Below, piece after piece: positions 50,788-61,656 of a stretch of DNA of 64,000 nucleotides. The position numbers were made by a program, and so were the translations under genes. This stretch comes from Oscillospiraceae bacterium. GTDB taxonomy: Bacteria > Bacillota > Clostridia > Oscillospirales > JAAYXM01. How positions within the stretch are numbered: the first letter of the stretch is position 1; every line of letters starts with the position of its first letter. Below the pieces are notes generated by a model that did no database searches, was not told the DNA's origin, and saw nothing but the letters and a program-made list of their open reading frames with translations. The stretch is taken from positions 41,858 through 105,857 of the forward strand of contig JAFQME010000008.1 of the NCBI GenBank assembly GCA_017421025.1. The letters are read 5' to 3'.

Positions 50788-51026
50788 CTGCACAAAAAAT
50801 CTCGATATCCGCCAGGATTATCTGCGATTTTCTTGTTTGTTCTGAAATAAAAATGCACTCTTTCAAGTGCTTCGCAGTTTTGAAATAGAGATGTTTCGTT
50901 AAAAGAAAGAACAAAAATCAGGTAATACGCCAGTATTACCTGATTTTTTGATGCACTTTTAGCGGAAAAGATCATTTCAAAACCAACTTCTCCCTAAGGC
51001 CAACCGCCTTGGTTAGGTCGGGGATT
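50720..51026. mobile_element. Structured intergenic repeat, MITE-like, copy 3 (full, arms inverted)
   Basis: Outer IR AAATCCCCGACCT..AGGCGGTTGGTC-TA / TA-AGGCCAACCGCCT..AGGTCGGGATTT; central TGCTTCGCA; two long arms. Confidence 0.7.
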
Positions 51027-51034
51027 TCTGCTGG

Positions 51035-52615
51035 TTAAGGAGTCTTTTTTCTTCGGAATCCGAGGAACATGATCACAGCGGCAAACGCCCAGAAATATGC
51101 GGTCATGTACGGAACTTCGAAGATGTTTTCGAAATAGCAGTGCGCCAAAACACCGATCATGCCGCACAACATTCCGATCCCTCGTATGGTGAGTGCGTCT
51201 TTGTGACGCTTAAAGAGGGTACGTGCCGAGCTAAGTAAGGTGAAGAAGAGCAGAATGATGTAGGAGGAAAGTCCTGCATATCCCATCTCAACCAAGGTCT
51301 TGAGATAGTAGTTATCCATATAGAAATAATCCAAACCCTCAATGACTTGGTTTTGCATCGCAATCGCACCGCCAAATCGTCCCAAACCGAAGCCTAAGAA
51401 GGCATTGGAGTGGTTGTGGAGCAAATCCAAACCGGTCGCCCAACGGATTGCACGGCCGCCTGCATTGGTTGCTGCCTGAAATTCCGGGGTGAAGAGATAG
51501 AGAATGCGGTTTGCCACTTCCGGAACAAAGAGCAGCACAGCAGCGACGCCAATGAGCAAAAAGAGTACCAATTTCCGGTCACACAGCAGGACAAACAGGG
51601 TTGCCGCAATCGCAAGCCCGAACCATGCCCCACGGGAGAACGTGACCAGGGTGGCAACACAGAGAATCATGACCCCTGCCCATGCGCAAAGCTTGAGCCA
51701 GAGCGGTTTTTCCTTATCATATGCAAGCGATGCCAACGTCGGCGCCGCCATGACAAGCAGACAACCCATGATGTTGGGGCTGCCGATGATGGAGAATGCA
51801 CGGGTGCGTACCCCGGCTTCGGTCTTGCTGACCCAATGTGCCGGAATCTCTGCGCCCACGATGTACTGGAAAATCCCGTGCAGAGCAATCACCAAGCACA
51901 TTCCGCAGAATGTGTAGTAAAAGACGTTCAAATCGTGCTCATCTTCAATCAGGCGAACAATCACGAAAAACCACAGCATATGCTGGCATACCGCACGCCA
52001 GCCCGAGACTGCAATTCCCATGTTCGGAGAAACCACTGACATGAGGAAGACCGCCACCGCAAGGAAGAAGAAGAGCGGTGCGTCGAGCGGGGTTGCACGG
52101 GGACGGATGCGTTCCCGCTTTGTGATGAGCATACGCCAGAAAAGATATGCCACACATCCGAGGAGGAACAGCTCGTCCCACACAGAAGCGATGGAGGCGA
52201 GATTTAATACATCACGCAGCAGCCAGTCAATGGGGAGATACAGGGTAAAGCAAACGATGAGAATCCCACGGGACCCCAGCTTTTCCAAGGCTTTCTTCGT
52301 CACGCTTTCGGAAACCACACGACTGTTTTTGAAGGTGTGCCACAGCCGGAAGAAGAAGGAGTTGTCCACCGCAGGGCGGAGTGCCTCGGAAAGTTTTGCG
52401 CCAAGGGTGTTGCACTTGTCCAAAAACCGATAGTAATTGGAATAGACCAAAGTGGAGGGACGCAATAAGTACCGGCGAAGAATCCGCCTTGTGTTTGAAT
52501 GGGAGTAAATCTCCTTCCACCAATCCACAAACCGCTTAGCACAGCTGAACTGATATGCGGTGGCAAATGCAGCAATCAGCTTTGCAACAAAGTTGTTTCT
52601 TAATACTCTATCCAT
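51035..52615 (-). CDS. O-antigen ligase/polymerase (Wzy_C/WaaL)-family membrane protein
   Basis: RAFSIIGSPN, TFSRGAW, GFGLGRFG and DNYYLKTLVEMG. Confidence 0.85.
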   Translation of the reverse strand: MDRVLRNNFVAKLIAAFATAYQFSCAKRFVDWWKEIYSHSNTRRILRRYLLRPSTLVYSNYYRFLDKCNTLGAKLSEALRPAVDNSFFFRLWHTFKNSRVVSESVTKKALEKLGSRGILIVCFTLYLPIDWLLRDVLNLASIASVWDELFLLGCVAYLFWRMLITKRERIRPRATPLDAPLFFFLAVAVFLMSVVSPNMGIAVSGWRAVCQHMLWFFVIVRLIEDEHDLNVFYYTFCGMCLVIALHGIFQYIVGAEIPAHWVSKTEAGVRTRAFSIIGSPNIMGCLLVMAAPTLASLAYDKEKPLWLKLCAWAGVMILCVATLVTFSRGAWFGLAIAATLFVLLCDRKLVLFLLIGVAAVLLFVPEVANRILYLFTPEFQAATNAGGRAIRWATGLDLLHNHSNAFLGFGLGRFGGAIAMQNQVIEGLDYFYMDNYYLKTLVEMGYAGLSSYIILLFFTLLSSARTLFKRHKDALTIRGIGMLCGMIGVLAHCYFENIFEVPYMTAYFWAFAAVIMFLGFRRKKTP

Positions 52616-53111
52616 CGAACTTCACCGACTGTACAATTGAACCGATCTCGAAACGGTTGGTCTTAAAGGTGAAGCCGCTGCCGGTGCGGACCTCCTGGGA
52701 TCCGATTTTGAAGATTGCAGCGTTGGGATCGCCCACGCTTTTGATGGTAATGATCACATCTTTTTTCGACGGGTCGGTAATATCAATGGGCATTCCTGCC
52801 GGGGTGGTGCTGCTGTATACATACGGAACCGCTTCCAGACTCACCACTTCCGCATTGTCAAAACTGTTGCCGGAAACCAGACGGTCGCCCGCTTTGATGT
52901 TCTCGGTCATTTCGGAAACCAGATAAGGCATTGCCCCCCGTACTCGCACGGTCACGGTGACCGGAACGTTGGCGTTCACAATCTGCTGGATGGGCTTGCT
53001 GAGCATCTTGTAACCCACCGCAAGACCGCCGAGAATAATCACAAGTAACAAAACAAGATCAACCAAATTGATGATCCCGAACAGTTTTCCACGTTCGTTT
53101 ACCAGTTTCAT
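52608..53111 (-). CDS. DUF4330-family protein
   Basis: GKLFGIINLVDL, single TM, IGSQEVRTG. Confidence 0.75.
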   Translation of the reverse strand: MKLVNERGKLFGIINLVDLVLLLVIILGGLAVGYKMLSKPIQQIVNANVPVTVTVRVRGAMPYLVSEMTENIKAGDRLVSGNSFDNAEVVSLEAVPYVYSSTTPAGMPIDITDPSKKDVIITIKSVGDPNAAIFKIGSQEVRTGSGFTFKTNRFEIGSIVQSVKFDG

Positions 53112-53234
53112 GATAAAAACCTCCAAAATTTGCTTCATTTTACAGTCGGTGCTTGACCGACTCTTTGGGATATTATATAATAAAGTACAAGATTATACAA
53201 TAGTTTTTCATTTTTTTCCGAATGGAGCGAGTTT

Positions 53235-55454
53235 ATGAAGGTATTACATCTCATCGGCGGCGGTGACGTTGGCGGTGCAAAGACGCACGTGCTGTCGCTT
53301 GTGGCACAACTCCACAAACGCCTCAGCGATGTGGTCTTGGTTGCCCTGCGTGACGGAGAGTTCGCCGAAGATGCAGCAAAAATGGGGATTCCGGTCGAGG
53401 TGGTACGCACAGGGAATTTCTTCCGTGATCTCTCCCGTGTGGCGGAGATCGCAAAAAGCCACGGCTCGGACCTCATCCATGTCCATGGCGCAAAGGCAAA
53501 CCTGTTTGGCGCTGTCCTGCGAAAAAGAATCAAGATCCCTGTGGTCACAACCGTGCACAGCGACTACCGCCTGGACTATTTGGGCAACCGAATCAAGCAG
53601 TATACCAACGGTCTGCTCAATACGCTCTCGCTTCGGTTTTTAGACTCTTATATCGGGGTCACGGATAACTTTGCGGATATGCTGATCTCCCGTGGGTTTG
53701 ATCCGTATCATATCCACGTGATTTACAACGGCCTGGATTTTGATCAAATCCCCAAGCCGAGCATGACCCGGGACGAGTATCTCACTTCGCTCGGCATCCC
53801 GCACGATGAAAACACCGTGATCTGTTCGCTTGCGGCACGCTTCCACCCGGTTAAGGATATCGGAACCGTCATCCGTGCGGTTGCCAAAATCAAAGACACT
53901 TGTCCGGAGCTCAAACTCATTTTGGGCGGTGACGGGGAAGAGGGCGAATACCTCCGCCAGCTTGCGGTCGAGTTGGGGGTTTCGGACCGAGTCTTTTTTG
54001 CGGGCTGGGTCAAGGAAATGGATAATTTGCTGGAGGCGACCGATATCGGGCTCCTCTCCTCACTCAGTGAGAGTTTCCCGTACAGTGTGTTGGAAGCGGT
54101 GCGCTCCAAGTGTACCATGGTGACCAGTGCGGTGGGCGGTATGCCCGTCCTCATTGACCACGGCGCAAACGGAATGCTCTTTACCCCGCAGGATGTGGAT
54201 GCGCTTGCCTCCCATCTCGAGTACCTTTGCAAACACCCGGACGTCCGTCGTGATATGGCGGAAAAACTCTACGAGAAAGCGAGCACCCGTTACAGCATCT
54301 CTCATATGGTTTCCTGTCAGTGCGAGATTTATGAACGTGTGCTGGAAACCTATCAGGCAGACCAAGGAAAACCCCGTCAGATCACCATTTGCGGCTCCTA
54401 CGGTCAGGGAAATGCGGGCGATGACGCAATTTTAAAAGCGCTGATCGGGGAGTTTGCCGAAATTGCACCGGATGCCCGAATCACGGTCATGTCACGAAAT
54501 CCCAAAAAGACCCGGGTGAGTTACCGTGTCCGTGCGATTTATACCTTTAACCCATTCCGTATGGCGGCATCGTTTTTGCGCTCGCAGCTTTATATCAACG
54601 GCGGCGGCAGTCTGATTCAGGACGTCACCTCCTCCCGTTCCTTGTATTTTTATCTCTTCACCATCATCGCAGCGAAAATTCTGCACTGTCCGGTCATGAT
54701 GTATGGCTGCGGCATCGGTCCGGTTTCCAAACCGTTCAACCGCCGCTTTGCCGCCTATGTGATCGACCGTGTGGCGGATACCATCACCCTGCGTGATCCG
54801 GGAAGCCTCAGCGAGCTTCAGAAAATGAACGTTTCCAAGCCCAAGATGATCCTTGCGGCGGACCCGACCTTCAGCTTGCCAAGTGCGGATGAGACCGTGG
54901 TCAAAAGTGCGCTCTTCTCGGAAGGGATCAACGATGACATCCCGAGAATTGCGTTTGCAATCCGTAAGTGGAAAGGGGAGGACAAACTCGACCTCTTCGC
55001 CCGTGCAGCGGATTTGGTCTATGAGAAATTCGGGCTGACCGCAACTTTGATCCCCATGGAATATGAGCGGGATCTTCCGGTTGCCCGTGAAATCCAAAGC
55101 CGGATGAAAACCCCCTCCACCGTCATTGGGGAAAAACACAGCGTCTTTGCGGTGATCGGCATCCTCTCCCGGATGAAACTCATCGTGGGAATGCGTCTGC
55201 ATGCGTTGGTATTCGGCGCAGGGCAGGGGGTCCCCATCATCGGGATATCTTACGACGATAAGGTCACCCGTTTTATGGAATACATCGGCGAGGAATTCTG
55301 CCTGCCGTATGAAACCGTCACCGCTGAAGGCATTCTCTCCTGTGTGGAGAAAGTGCTTGCAGCACCCACCCAGATGGAAGAAGCCATGAAGAATATCCGC
55401 ATTGCGGAGAAAGAGAATCGCCGTGCGGCAAAGGAGATATTAGATCGTGAATAA
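53235..55454 (+). CDS. csaB: GT4 glycosyltransferase fused to polysaccharide pyruvyltransferase CsaB
   Basis: N-terminal GT4 (GGAKTH, ESFPYSVLEA); C-terminal GSYGQGNAGDDAIL, GGGSLIQDVTS and GMRLHAL. Confidence 0.9.
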   Translation: MKVLHLIGGGDVGGAKTHVLSLVAQLHKRLSDVVLVALRDGEFAEDAAKMGIPVEVVRTGNFFRDLSRVAEIAKSHGSDLIHVHGAKANLFGAVLRKRIKIPVVTTVHSDYRLDYLGNRIKQYTNGLLNTLSLRFLDSYIGVTDNFADMLISRGFDPYHIHVIYNGLDFDQIPKPSMTRDEYLTSLGIPHDENTVICSLAARFHPVKDIGTVIRAVAKIKDTCPELKLILGGDGEEGEYLRQLAVELGVSDRVFFAGWVKEMDNLLEATDIGLLSSLSESFPYSVLEAVRSKCTMVTSAVGGMPVLIDHGANGMLFTPQDVDALASHLEYLCKHPDVRRDMAEKLYEKASTRYSISHMVSCQCEIYERVLETYQADQGKPRQITICGSYGQGNAGDDAILKALIGEFAEIAPDARITVMSRNPKKTRVSYRVRAIYTFNPFRMAASFLRSQLYINGGGSLIQDVTSSRSLYFYLFTIIAAKILHCPVMMYGCGIGPVSKPFNRRFAAYVIDRVADTITLRDPGSLSELQKMNVSKPKMILAADPTFSLPSADETVVKSALFSEGINDDIPRIAFAIRKWKGEDKLDLFARAADLVYEKFGLTATLIPMEYERDLPVAREIQSRMKTPSTVIGEKHSVFAVIGILSRMKLIVGMRLHALVFGAGQGVPIIGISYDDKVTRFMEYIGEEFCLPYETVTAEGILSCVEKVLAAPTQMEEAMKNIRIAEKENRRAAKEILDRE

Positions 55455-56604
55455 GATTGTTTGTCTTTCTACCAGTACATGGTATCCGTTCCCCACTCGC
55501 AAACAGCATGTGATGCAGCGCCTTTCCAATGCAGAAATCCTGTATTTTGATCCGCCCATCACATATCTTGCGCCAATCAAAGACCGCAAGACCTGGAAGC
55601 GTCTGTTTGCATGGATGAAGAAGCCCGCAGAGCCGAAAGAGAATATCAAAGTCTTTTCCTGCCCGCCCGTGCTTCCGTTCTATAATAAATTCCGTTTCTT
55701 AAATAAATGGAATCAGAAGAAGATTGCACGCTTCGTGCGTCGGAGAATGAAACGGTACGGGTTTGAATCCCCGGTGCTCTGGTGCTATTCTCCCATGAGC
55801 GCAGATGCGGTGGATCATATCCCGCACTCTGCACTGGTTTACGACTGTGTGGACCGTCACTCGGCATACAAAGGCCTCATTGATGTGGACACCGTAAACG
55901 GCATGGAAAAAACCCTTGCCGAGAAAGCCAATCAGGTGATTGCAACCGCCATCGGTTTGTATGACACTTTGGAAACCTATAACCCCAATACCGTCATGCT
56001 CCCCAACGGCGTCAACTTCGATCATTTCCACCGTGCGGTGCTTGAGGACACCCCGGTCCCCGAGGATTTGAAAAACCTGCCCCGTCCCATCATCGGCTTC
56101 TCCGGAATGTTGCAGGAGTGTATCGACTATGAAGCCATCGAGGCGGTCGCAAAGTCCCATCCCGAATGGTCGGTGGTTTTGGTGGGCGGCCCCATGCCCG
56201 GTGTCAACCTGGACTATCTGAAGGAATATCCCAATATTTATTTCCTCGGAATGAAGAAGTATGACGAAATGCCCGCATACCTGCGTGGATTTGATGTCTG
56301 TATGAATGCATTCCGTGCAGGACGCCTCTCGAAAGACGTCAGCCCGCTCAAGTTCTTTGAGTACATGGCAAGCGGACGCCCCATCGTCAGTACCCCGCAG
56401 CCCGAGCAGGTGCTGGGCTATACCGATGCGGTGTATATTTCCCACAGTGCGCAGGACTTTGTGGATAAGTGTGAACTTGCACTCCATGAAGTCGGCCCGG
56501 CAAAGGAAGAACTCCGAATCGCATATGCCCGTGCATGTTCTTGGGATGCCCGTGTCCGTGAAATGGAAGATCTGCTGAAAAAACGCGGTGTCTTCACTGA
56601 ATAA
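55447..56604 (+). CDS. GT-B glycosyltransferase (TuaH-like)
   Basis: TRKQH, YDCVDRH, PNGVNF and SPLKFFEYMASG. Confidence 0.85.
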   Translation: MNKIVCLSTSTWYPFPTRKQHVMQRLSNAEILYFDPPITYLAPIKDRKTWKRLFAWMKKPAEPKENIKVFSCPPVLPFYNKFRFLNKWNQKKIARFVRRRMKRYGFESPVLWCYSPMSADAVDHIPHSALVYDCVDRHSAYKGLIDVDTVNGMEKTLAEKANQVIATAIGLYDTLETYNPNTVMLPNGVNFDHFHRAVLEDTPVPEDLKNLPRPIIGFSGMLQECIDYEAIEAVAKSHPEWSVVLVGGPMPGVNLDYLKEYPNIYFLGMKKYDEMPAYLRGFDVCMNAFRAGRLSKDVSPLKFFEYMASGRPIVSTPQPEQVLGYTDAVYISHSAQDFVDKCELALHEVGPAKEELRIAYARACSWDARVREMEDLLKKRGVFTE

Positions 56605-56686
56605 TATTCACTCATAATTGAATATTATGAATAATTATTTAAAAAATAAAAAAGTTCTTGCATAATTAAACACAACGTGTTATACT
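56598..56686 (+). promoter_or_regulatory. arg operon promoter with ArgR boxes
   Basis: ARG-box-like TGAATAATTATTTA (56628) and TGCATAATTAAACA (56659), the second overlapping TTGCAT-17-TATACT. Confidence 0.75.
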
Positions 56687-56717
56687 TGACGAAAATGAAG
56701 ATCAGGAGGAAACTCAG

Positions 56718-57926
56718 ATGAAACAAATTAAGAAAGCAGTTTTGGCATATTCGGGCGGTTTGGATACCTCCATTATTATTCCGTGGCTGAAGGAAAACTA
56801 CGGTTGCGAAGTCATCGCAGTCGCAGCAGACGTGGGTCAGGGCAAGGAACTGGACGGACTGATTGACAAGGCAATCAAGACCGGCGCAAGCAAGTGCTAT
56901 ATCGAAGACCTGCGTGAGGAATTTGTCAATGAATACGTCATCCCGACCGTCAAGGCGGGTGCGGTTTACGAGAGAAGCTATCTGCTCGGTACTTCCTTTG
57001 CACGTCCCATCATCGCAAAGAGAATCGTTGAAATCGCAAAGGCAGAAGGTGCAGACGCAATCTGCCACGGCTGTACCGGTAAGGGCAACGACCAGGTCCG
57101 TTTCGAACTTGCCATCAAGGCATTTGCTCCGAACATGACCATCATCGCTCCGTGGAGAGAGTGGGACCTCAAGAGCCGTGACGACGAAATCGACTACGCA
57201 GAAGCACGTGGTATTCCGCTTGCCATCAGCCGTGAGACCAACTATTCCAAAGACAAAAACCTGTGGCACCTCTCCCACGAGGGCTTGGATCTCGAAGATC
57301 CGGGCAACGAGCCGCAGTACGATAAGATCCTGGAGCTTGGCGTCACCCCGGAAAAAGCTCCGGATGTGGCTACTTATGTTGACATCGCATTCGAAAAAGG
57401 TGTTCCGACCGCAATTGACGGTGTTGCAATGAGCGCAATGGACATCATCTATAAGCTCAACGAGCTGGGCGGCGCAAACGGCATCGGTATCACCGATCTG
57501 GTGGAAAACCGTTTGGTCGGCATGAAGAGCCGTGGCGTGTATGAGACCCCGGGCGGAGCAATCCTCTATAAGGCACACGAAGTCCTCGAAACCCTGTGCC
57601 TCGACCGTGACACCCAGCACATGAAGGAGCAGCTTGCAGTCCGTTTTGCAGAGCTGGTCTACTTTGGCCAGTGGTACACCCCGCTGCGTGAAGCACTCTC
57701 CGCATTTGTCGACAGCACCCAGGAGCGTGTCACCGGTCATGTCCGCCTCAAACTCTATAAGGGCAACATGATCAACGCAGGCGTTTGGAGTCCGTACTCC
57801 CTCTATTCGGAAGAAATCGCAACCTTCGCAGAAGACGAAGTTTACGATCAGAAGGATTCCGCCGGCTTCATCAACCTGTTCGGTCTGCCGATTCAGGTTC
57901 GTGCAATGCTCGACGAGCAGAAGTAA
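56718..57926 (+). CDS. argG: Argininosuccinate synthase
   Basis: [23 protein letters not shown] and [10 protein letters not shown]. Confidence 0.97.
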   Translation: MKQIKKAVLAYSGGLDTSIIIPWLKENYGCEVIAVAADVGQGKELDGLIDKAIKTGASKCYIEDLREEFVNEYVIPTVKAGAVYERSYLLGTSFARPIIAKRIVEIAKAEGADAICHGCTGKGNDQVRFELAIKAFAPNMTIIAPWREWDLKSRDDEIDYAEARGIPLAISRETNYSKDKNLWHLSHEGLDLEDPGNEPQYDKILELGVTPEKAPDVATYVDIAFEKGVPTAIDGVAMSAMDIIYKLNELGGANGIGITDLVENRLVGMKSRGVYETPGGAILYKAHEVLETLCLDRDTQHMKEQLAVRFAELVYFGQWYTPLREALSAFVDSTQERVTGHVRLKLYKGNMINAGVWSPYSLYSEEIATFAEDEVYDQKDSAGFINLFGLPIQVRAMLDEQK

Positions 57927-57999
57927 AAAAACAGTCTATTCGCGGGCAGAGTACCCCTCTGCCCGCAGTCGTATTATTTGTGTAAAGGACGGATTCAAG

Positions 58000-59391
58000 A
58001 TGAAATTATGGTCGGGACGCTTTTCCAAGGAGCTTGACAGTCTGGTCAATGACTTCAACTCTTCTATTCAGTTTGACGGACGGATGTATGAAGAAGACAT
58101 CACCGGCAGTATCGCTCATGCGACCATGCTGGGGAAAACCGGAATCATTGCCCAGTCTGAAGCGGACAAAATCGTTTGTGCACTCAAAGAAATCTGTGAC
58201 GATATCGCCTCGGGAAAACTCGAACTCACTCCCGATAACGAGGATATCCACATGAACGTCGAAACTGCGCTCACCGCACGTCTCGGCGATACCGGAAAGC
58301 GACTGCACACCGCACGCAGCAGAAACGACCAGGTAGCGTTGGATTTCAAACTCTATCTCAAAAAAGAGATTTTGGAAATCAAGTCCCGTTTGATTCATCT
58401 GGAAAAAGTCCTTGCAGAGCAGGCAAAGAAATACACCCGTGCCGTGCTCCCGGGTTATACCCACCTCCAGCGTGCCCAGCCCTCCACCGCCGCACATCAC
58501 TTCATGGCATACGGCGAGATGTTCAAGCGTGACATCACCCGCCTGGAGGACTGCTTCGAGCGCATGAACTATTCCCCGTTGGGAAGCGGTGCGCTCGCAG
58601 GCACCACATACCCGATTGACCGTGAGATGGTTGCATCCCTGCTCGGCTTTGCAGGCGTGACCAACAACTCGCTCGACGGCGTGTCCGACCGTGACTACGC
58701 AATCGAACTCCTCTCCGCAATCTCCATCATCATGATGCATCTGTCCCGTTTCTCTGAGGAAATGATCCTGTGGTGCTCGTGGGAATTCTCTTACATGGAG
58801 CTCGATGACGCATACTCCACCGGCTCCTCCATCATGCCGCAGAAAAAGAATCCGGACATCGCAGAACTCGTCCGTGGCAAAACCGGCCGTGTCTACGGTT
58901 CACTCATGGCATTGCTCACCGTGATGAAAGGTCTGCCCCTTGCATACAACAAGGATATGCAGGAGGATAAAGAATCGGTATTCGATGCGGTGGATACCGT
59001 CAAAATGTGCCTGGATGTCTTTGCACCCATGCTGGAAACCATGCGCTTAAAGCCGCAGAATCTGCGCAATGCCGCTTCCCGCGGCTTCATCAATGCAACC
59101 GACTGTGCAGACTATCTGGTCAAAAAAGGTCTGCCGTTCCGTGATGCATATACCGTGGTGGGACAGCTTGTTGCCGCTTGCATCGAAAAGGGCATCGGGC
59201 TGGAGGAACTGCCGCTTTCCGATTACAAGGCAAAATGCGATGTGTTTGACGAAGATGTCTACACCGCTCTCAATTTAGAAAACTGCGTCAACGGAAGAAC
59301 TTCTCTCGGCGGACCCGCAGAGAGTGAAGTCCTCCGTCAGATCGCACTTTTGGAAACATTCATCAAAGACCATGAGGAGGAAAGCAAATGA
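58000..59391 (+). CDS. argH: Argininosuccinate lyase
   Basis: KLWSGRF, RSRNDQV and GSSIMPQKKNPD; start at ATG 58000. Confidence 0.97.
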   Translation: MKLWSGRFSKELDSLVNDFNSSIQFDGRMYEEDITGSIAHATMLGKTGIIAQSEADKIVCALKEICDDIASGKLELTPDNEDIHMNVETALTARLGDTGKRLHTARSRNDQVALDFKLYLKKEILEIKSRLIHLEKVLAEQAKKYTRAVLPGYTHLQRAQPSTAAHHFMAYGEMFKRDITRLEDCFERMNYSPLGSGALAGTTYPIDREMVASLLGFAGVTNNSLDGVSDRDYAIELLSAISIIMMHLSRFSEEMILWCSWEFSYMELDDAYSTGSSIMPQKKNPDIAELVRGKTGRVYGSLMALLTVMKGLPLAYNKDMQEDKESVFDAVDTVKMCLDVFAPMLETMRLKPQNLRNAASRGFINATDCADYLVKKGLPFRDAYTVVGQLVAACIEKGIGLEELPLSDYKAKCDVFDEDVYTALNLENCVNGRTSLGGPAESEVLRQIALLETFIKDHEEESK

Positions 59392-60416
59392 TCAAAGTCG
59401 GCATTGTGGGCGCCACCGGTTACGGCGGTGTGGAACTCATCCGTCTGATTTTAGGACATCCGAAAGCAGAACTTTCCAAAATCAGTTCGGTCTCTTTTGA
59501 AGGAAAGAAAATCTCCGAGGTTTATCCCTCGCTCATCGATACTTGCGACGATGTGCTGGTGAGTCAGGACGAAGTGATTGCAGCCTCCGACGTGGTCTTT
59601 GCAGCACTTCCGCACGGCCTTTCCCAGCCCCTCGCAAAAGCCTGCATGGACGCAGGAAAAGTCTTTATCGACTTCGGTGCGGACTTCCGTTTGGAAAACG
59701 AAGACGCATATGAAACCTGGTACGGGGCACGGTTTGAACACCCCGAACTCCATCAAATTGCGGTCTACGGTTTGTGTGAACTCTGGCGTGACCAAATCAA
59801 AGGCGCTCGCCTGATTGCAAACCCGGGCTGCTACCCGACCTCCATCCAACTCGGTCTCGCACCTGCGCTGAAAAACGCACTCTGCGATCCCGCAGGCATC
59901 GTGATTGATTCCAAATCCGGTGCAACCGGTGCGGGTCGAGGCCTTTCCCAAACCACCCATTTCTGCGACCTGGACGAAGGCTTTGCGCCGTACAAAGTAG
60001 CGGCACATCGCCATACCCCTGAAATCGAGCAGGGTCTTTCTAAACTCGCAGGGGAAGAGGTCACCGTCACCTTCGTGCCGCATCTCTTGCCCTTAAAGCG
60101 CGGCATTATCTCCACCATCTACACAAGCAGCACAGCGGACCTCCAAACCGTCCATGCCGCTTACACCAAATTCTATGAAAACGAACCGTTTGTCACCGTG
60201 CTCCCCTTGGGTCAGGCGGCAAACCTCAAAAACGTTGCGATGACCAACCGTTGCCACATCTCACTCCACCGTGATGAACACGCAGGACGCCTCATCATCG
60301 TGTCTGCGATCGACAATATGGTAAAAGGTGCGGCAGGGCAGGCAGTTCAGAACATGAACATCGTGTTCGGGCTCCCCGAAACCACAGGTTTGGACTTGGT
60401 CGCTCCCGCTTTTTAG
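59388..60416 (+). CDS. argC: N-acetyl-gamma-glutamyl-phosphate reductase
   Basis: GATGYGG, ANPGCYPT and DNMVKGAAGQA. Confidence 0.97.
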   Translation: MIKVGIVGATGYGGVELIRLILGHPKAELSKISSVSFEGKKISEVYPSLIDTCDDVLVSQDEVIAASDVVFAALPHGLSQPLAKACMDAGKVFIDFGADFRLENEDAYETWYGARFEHPELHQIAVYGLCELWRDQIKGARLIANPGCYPTSIQLGLAPALKNALCDPAGIVIDSKSGATGAGRGLSQTTHFCDLDEGFAPYKVAAHRHTPEIEQGLSKLAGEEVTVTFVPHLLPLKRGIISTIYTSSTADLQTVHAAYTKFYENEPFVTVLPLGQAANLKNVAMTNRCHISLHRDEHAGRLIIVSAIDNMVKGAAGQAVQNMNIVFGLPETTGLDLVAPAF

Positions 60417-60428
60417 GAGGATATCACC

Positions 60429-61643
60429 ATGAAAGAAATTCAAGGCGGCGTTTGTGCCGCAAAAGGCTTCCGTGCTGCGGGCATCCATTGCGGAATCCGC
60501 AAAAACCGTGAAAAAGCAGACCTTGCACTCATCGTGAGTGACCGTGACTGCTCGGCGGCAGCCTGCTATACCAGAAACCGTGTCAAGGCAGCCCCGGTCT
60601 ATGTCTCCCGTGAGCATCTCAAAGACGGGCGTGCCCGTGCCATCATCTGCAATTCGGGCAACGCCAATGCGTGTGCGCCCAACGGCAAAGAAAATGCAAT
60701 CCGGATGTGCAAAGCAACCGCATCCGCTCTGAAGATCGACCCGATGGACGTGGTCTGCACCTCCACCGGCGTGATCGGGGAAGAACTCCCGGTCCATGTC
60801 ATTGAAACCGCAATGCCCGCACTCGTCGGGGATTTGTCTTACGACGGCGGCGACCGTGCGGCAAACGCAATCCTCACCACCGACACGGTGAAGAAAGAGT
60901 GTTCTTTCTCTGCCACCATCGGCGGAAAAGAAGTCAAAATCGGCGGTATCGCAAAGGGCAGCGGCATGATCCATCCGAATATGGGCACCATGCTCGCATT
61001 CATCACCACCGATGCCAATATCACCGCAGCAGCGCTTCAGGCAGCGCTCTCCTCGGCGGTCACAAAGAGCTTCAACCGTGTGAGCGTGGACGGAGACACC
61101 TCCACCAACGACATGGCGGTCGTGCTGGCAAACGGCATGGCAGAAAATCCGGAAATCGTATTCGGCGGCGAAGGCTACGAAGTCTTTGCGGAAATGCTGT
61201 TTGCAGTGTGCTGCTTCCTCGCTCGCTCAATCGCACGTGACGGCGAAGGTGCCACCCGCATGGTCACCTGCCGTGTCTCGGGTGCAAAAAACGAAGAAGA
61301 TGCAGTGGTCTTGGCGAAATCCGTCATTTGCTCCTCGCTTGTGAAAGCCGCCATGTTCGGTGCAGACGCAAACTGGGGCAGAGTGCTGTGTGCCATGGGC
61401 TATTCGGGCGTGGAATTTGACCCCGAAGAAGTCACCGTTTCCTTTGTTTCCAAAGCCGGAAAGATCACCGTTTGTGAAAACGGTGCAGGCCTTGTCTTTG
61501 ATGAGGACCTTGCCAAGAAAATCCTCTCGGAGGACGAGGTCGAAATCCGTGCCTACCTACGTGCAGGCGATGGCGAGGCAACCGCTTGGGGCTGTGACCT
61601 CACTTATGACTATGTAAAAATCAACGGGGATTACCGTACGTAA
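60429..61643 (+). CDS. argJ: Ornithine acetyltransferase
   Basis: NSGNANA, KGSGMIHPNMGTML, DGDTSTND and WGCDL. Confidence 0.97.
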   Translation: MKEIQGGVCAAKGFRAAGIHCGIRKNREKADLALIVSDRDCSAAACYTRNRVKAAPVYVSREHLKDGRARAIICNSGNANACAPNGKENAIRMCKATASALKIDPMDVVCTSTGVIGEELPVHVIETAMPALVGDLSYDGGDRAANAILTTDTVKKECSFSATIGGKEVKIGGIAKGSGMIHPNMGTMLAFITTDANITAAALQAALSSAVTKSFNRVSVDGDTSTNDMAVVLANGMAENPEIVFGGEGYEVFAEMLFAVCCFLARSIARDGEGATRMVTCRVSGAKNEEDAVVLAKSVICSSLVKAAMFGADANWGRVLCAMGYSGVEFDPEEVTVSFVSKAGKITVCENGAGLVFDEDLAKKILSEDEVEIRAYLRAGDGEATAWGCDLTYDYVKINGDYRT

Positions 61644-61656
61644 TCGGGAGGCTGTT

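Noticed and set aside
53235-55454. GT4-CsaB fusion as a novelty
   Set aside because: I recall this fusion as common in Clostridia, and it fits the SLH proteins in the window.
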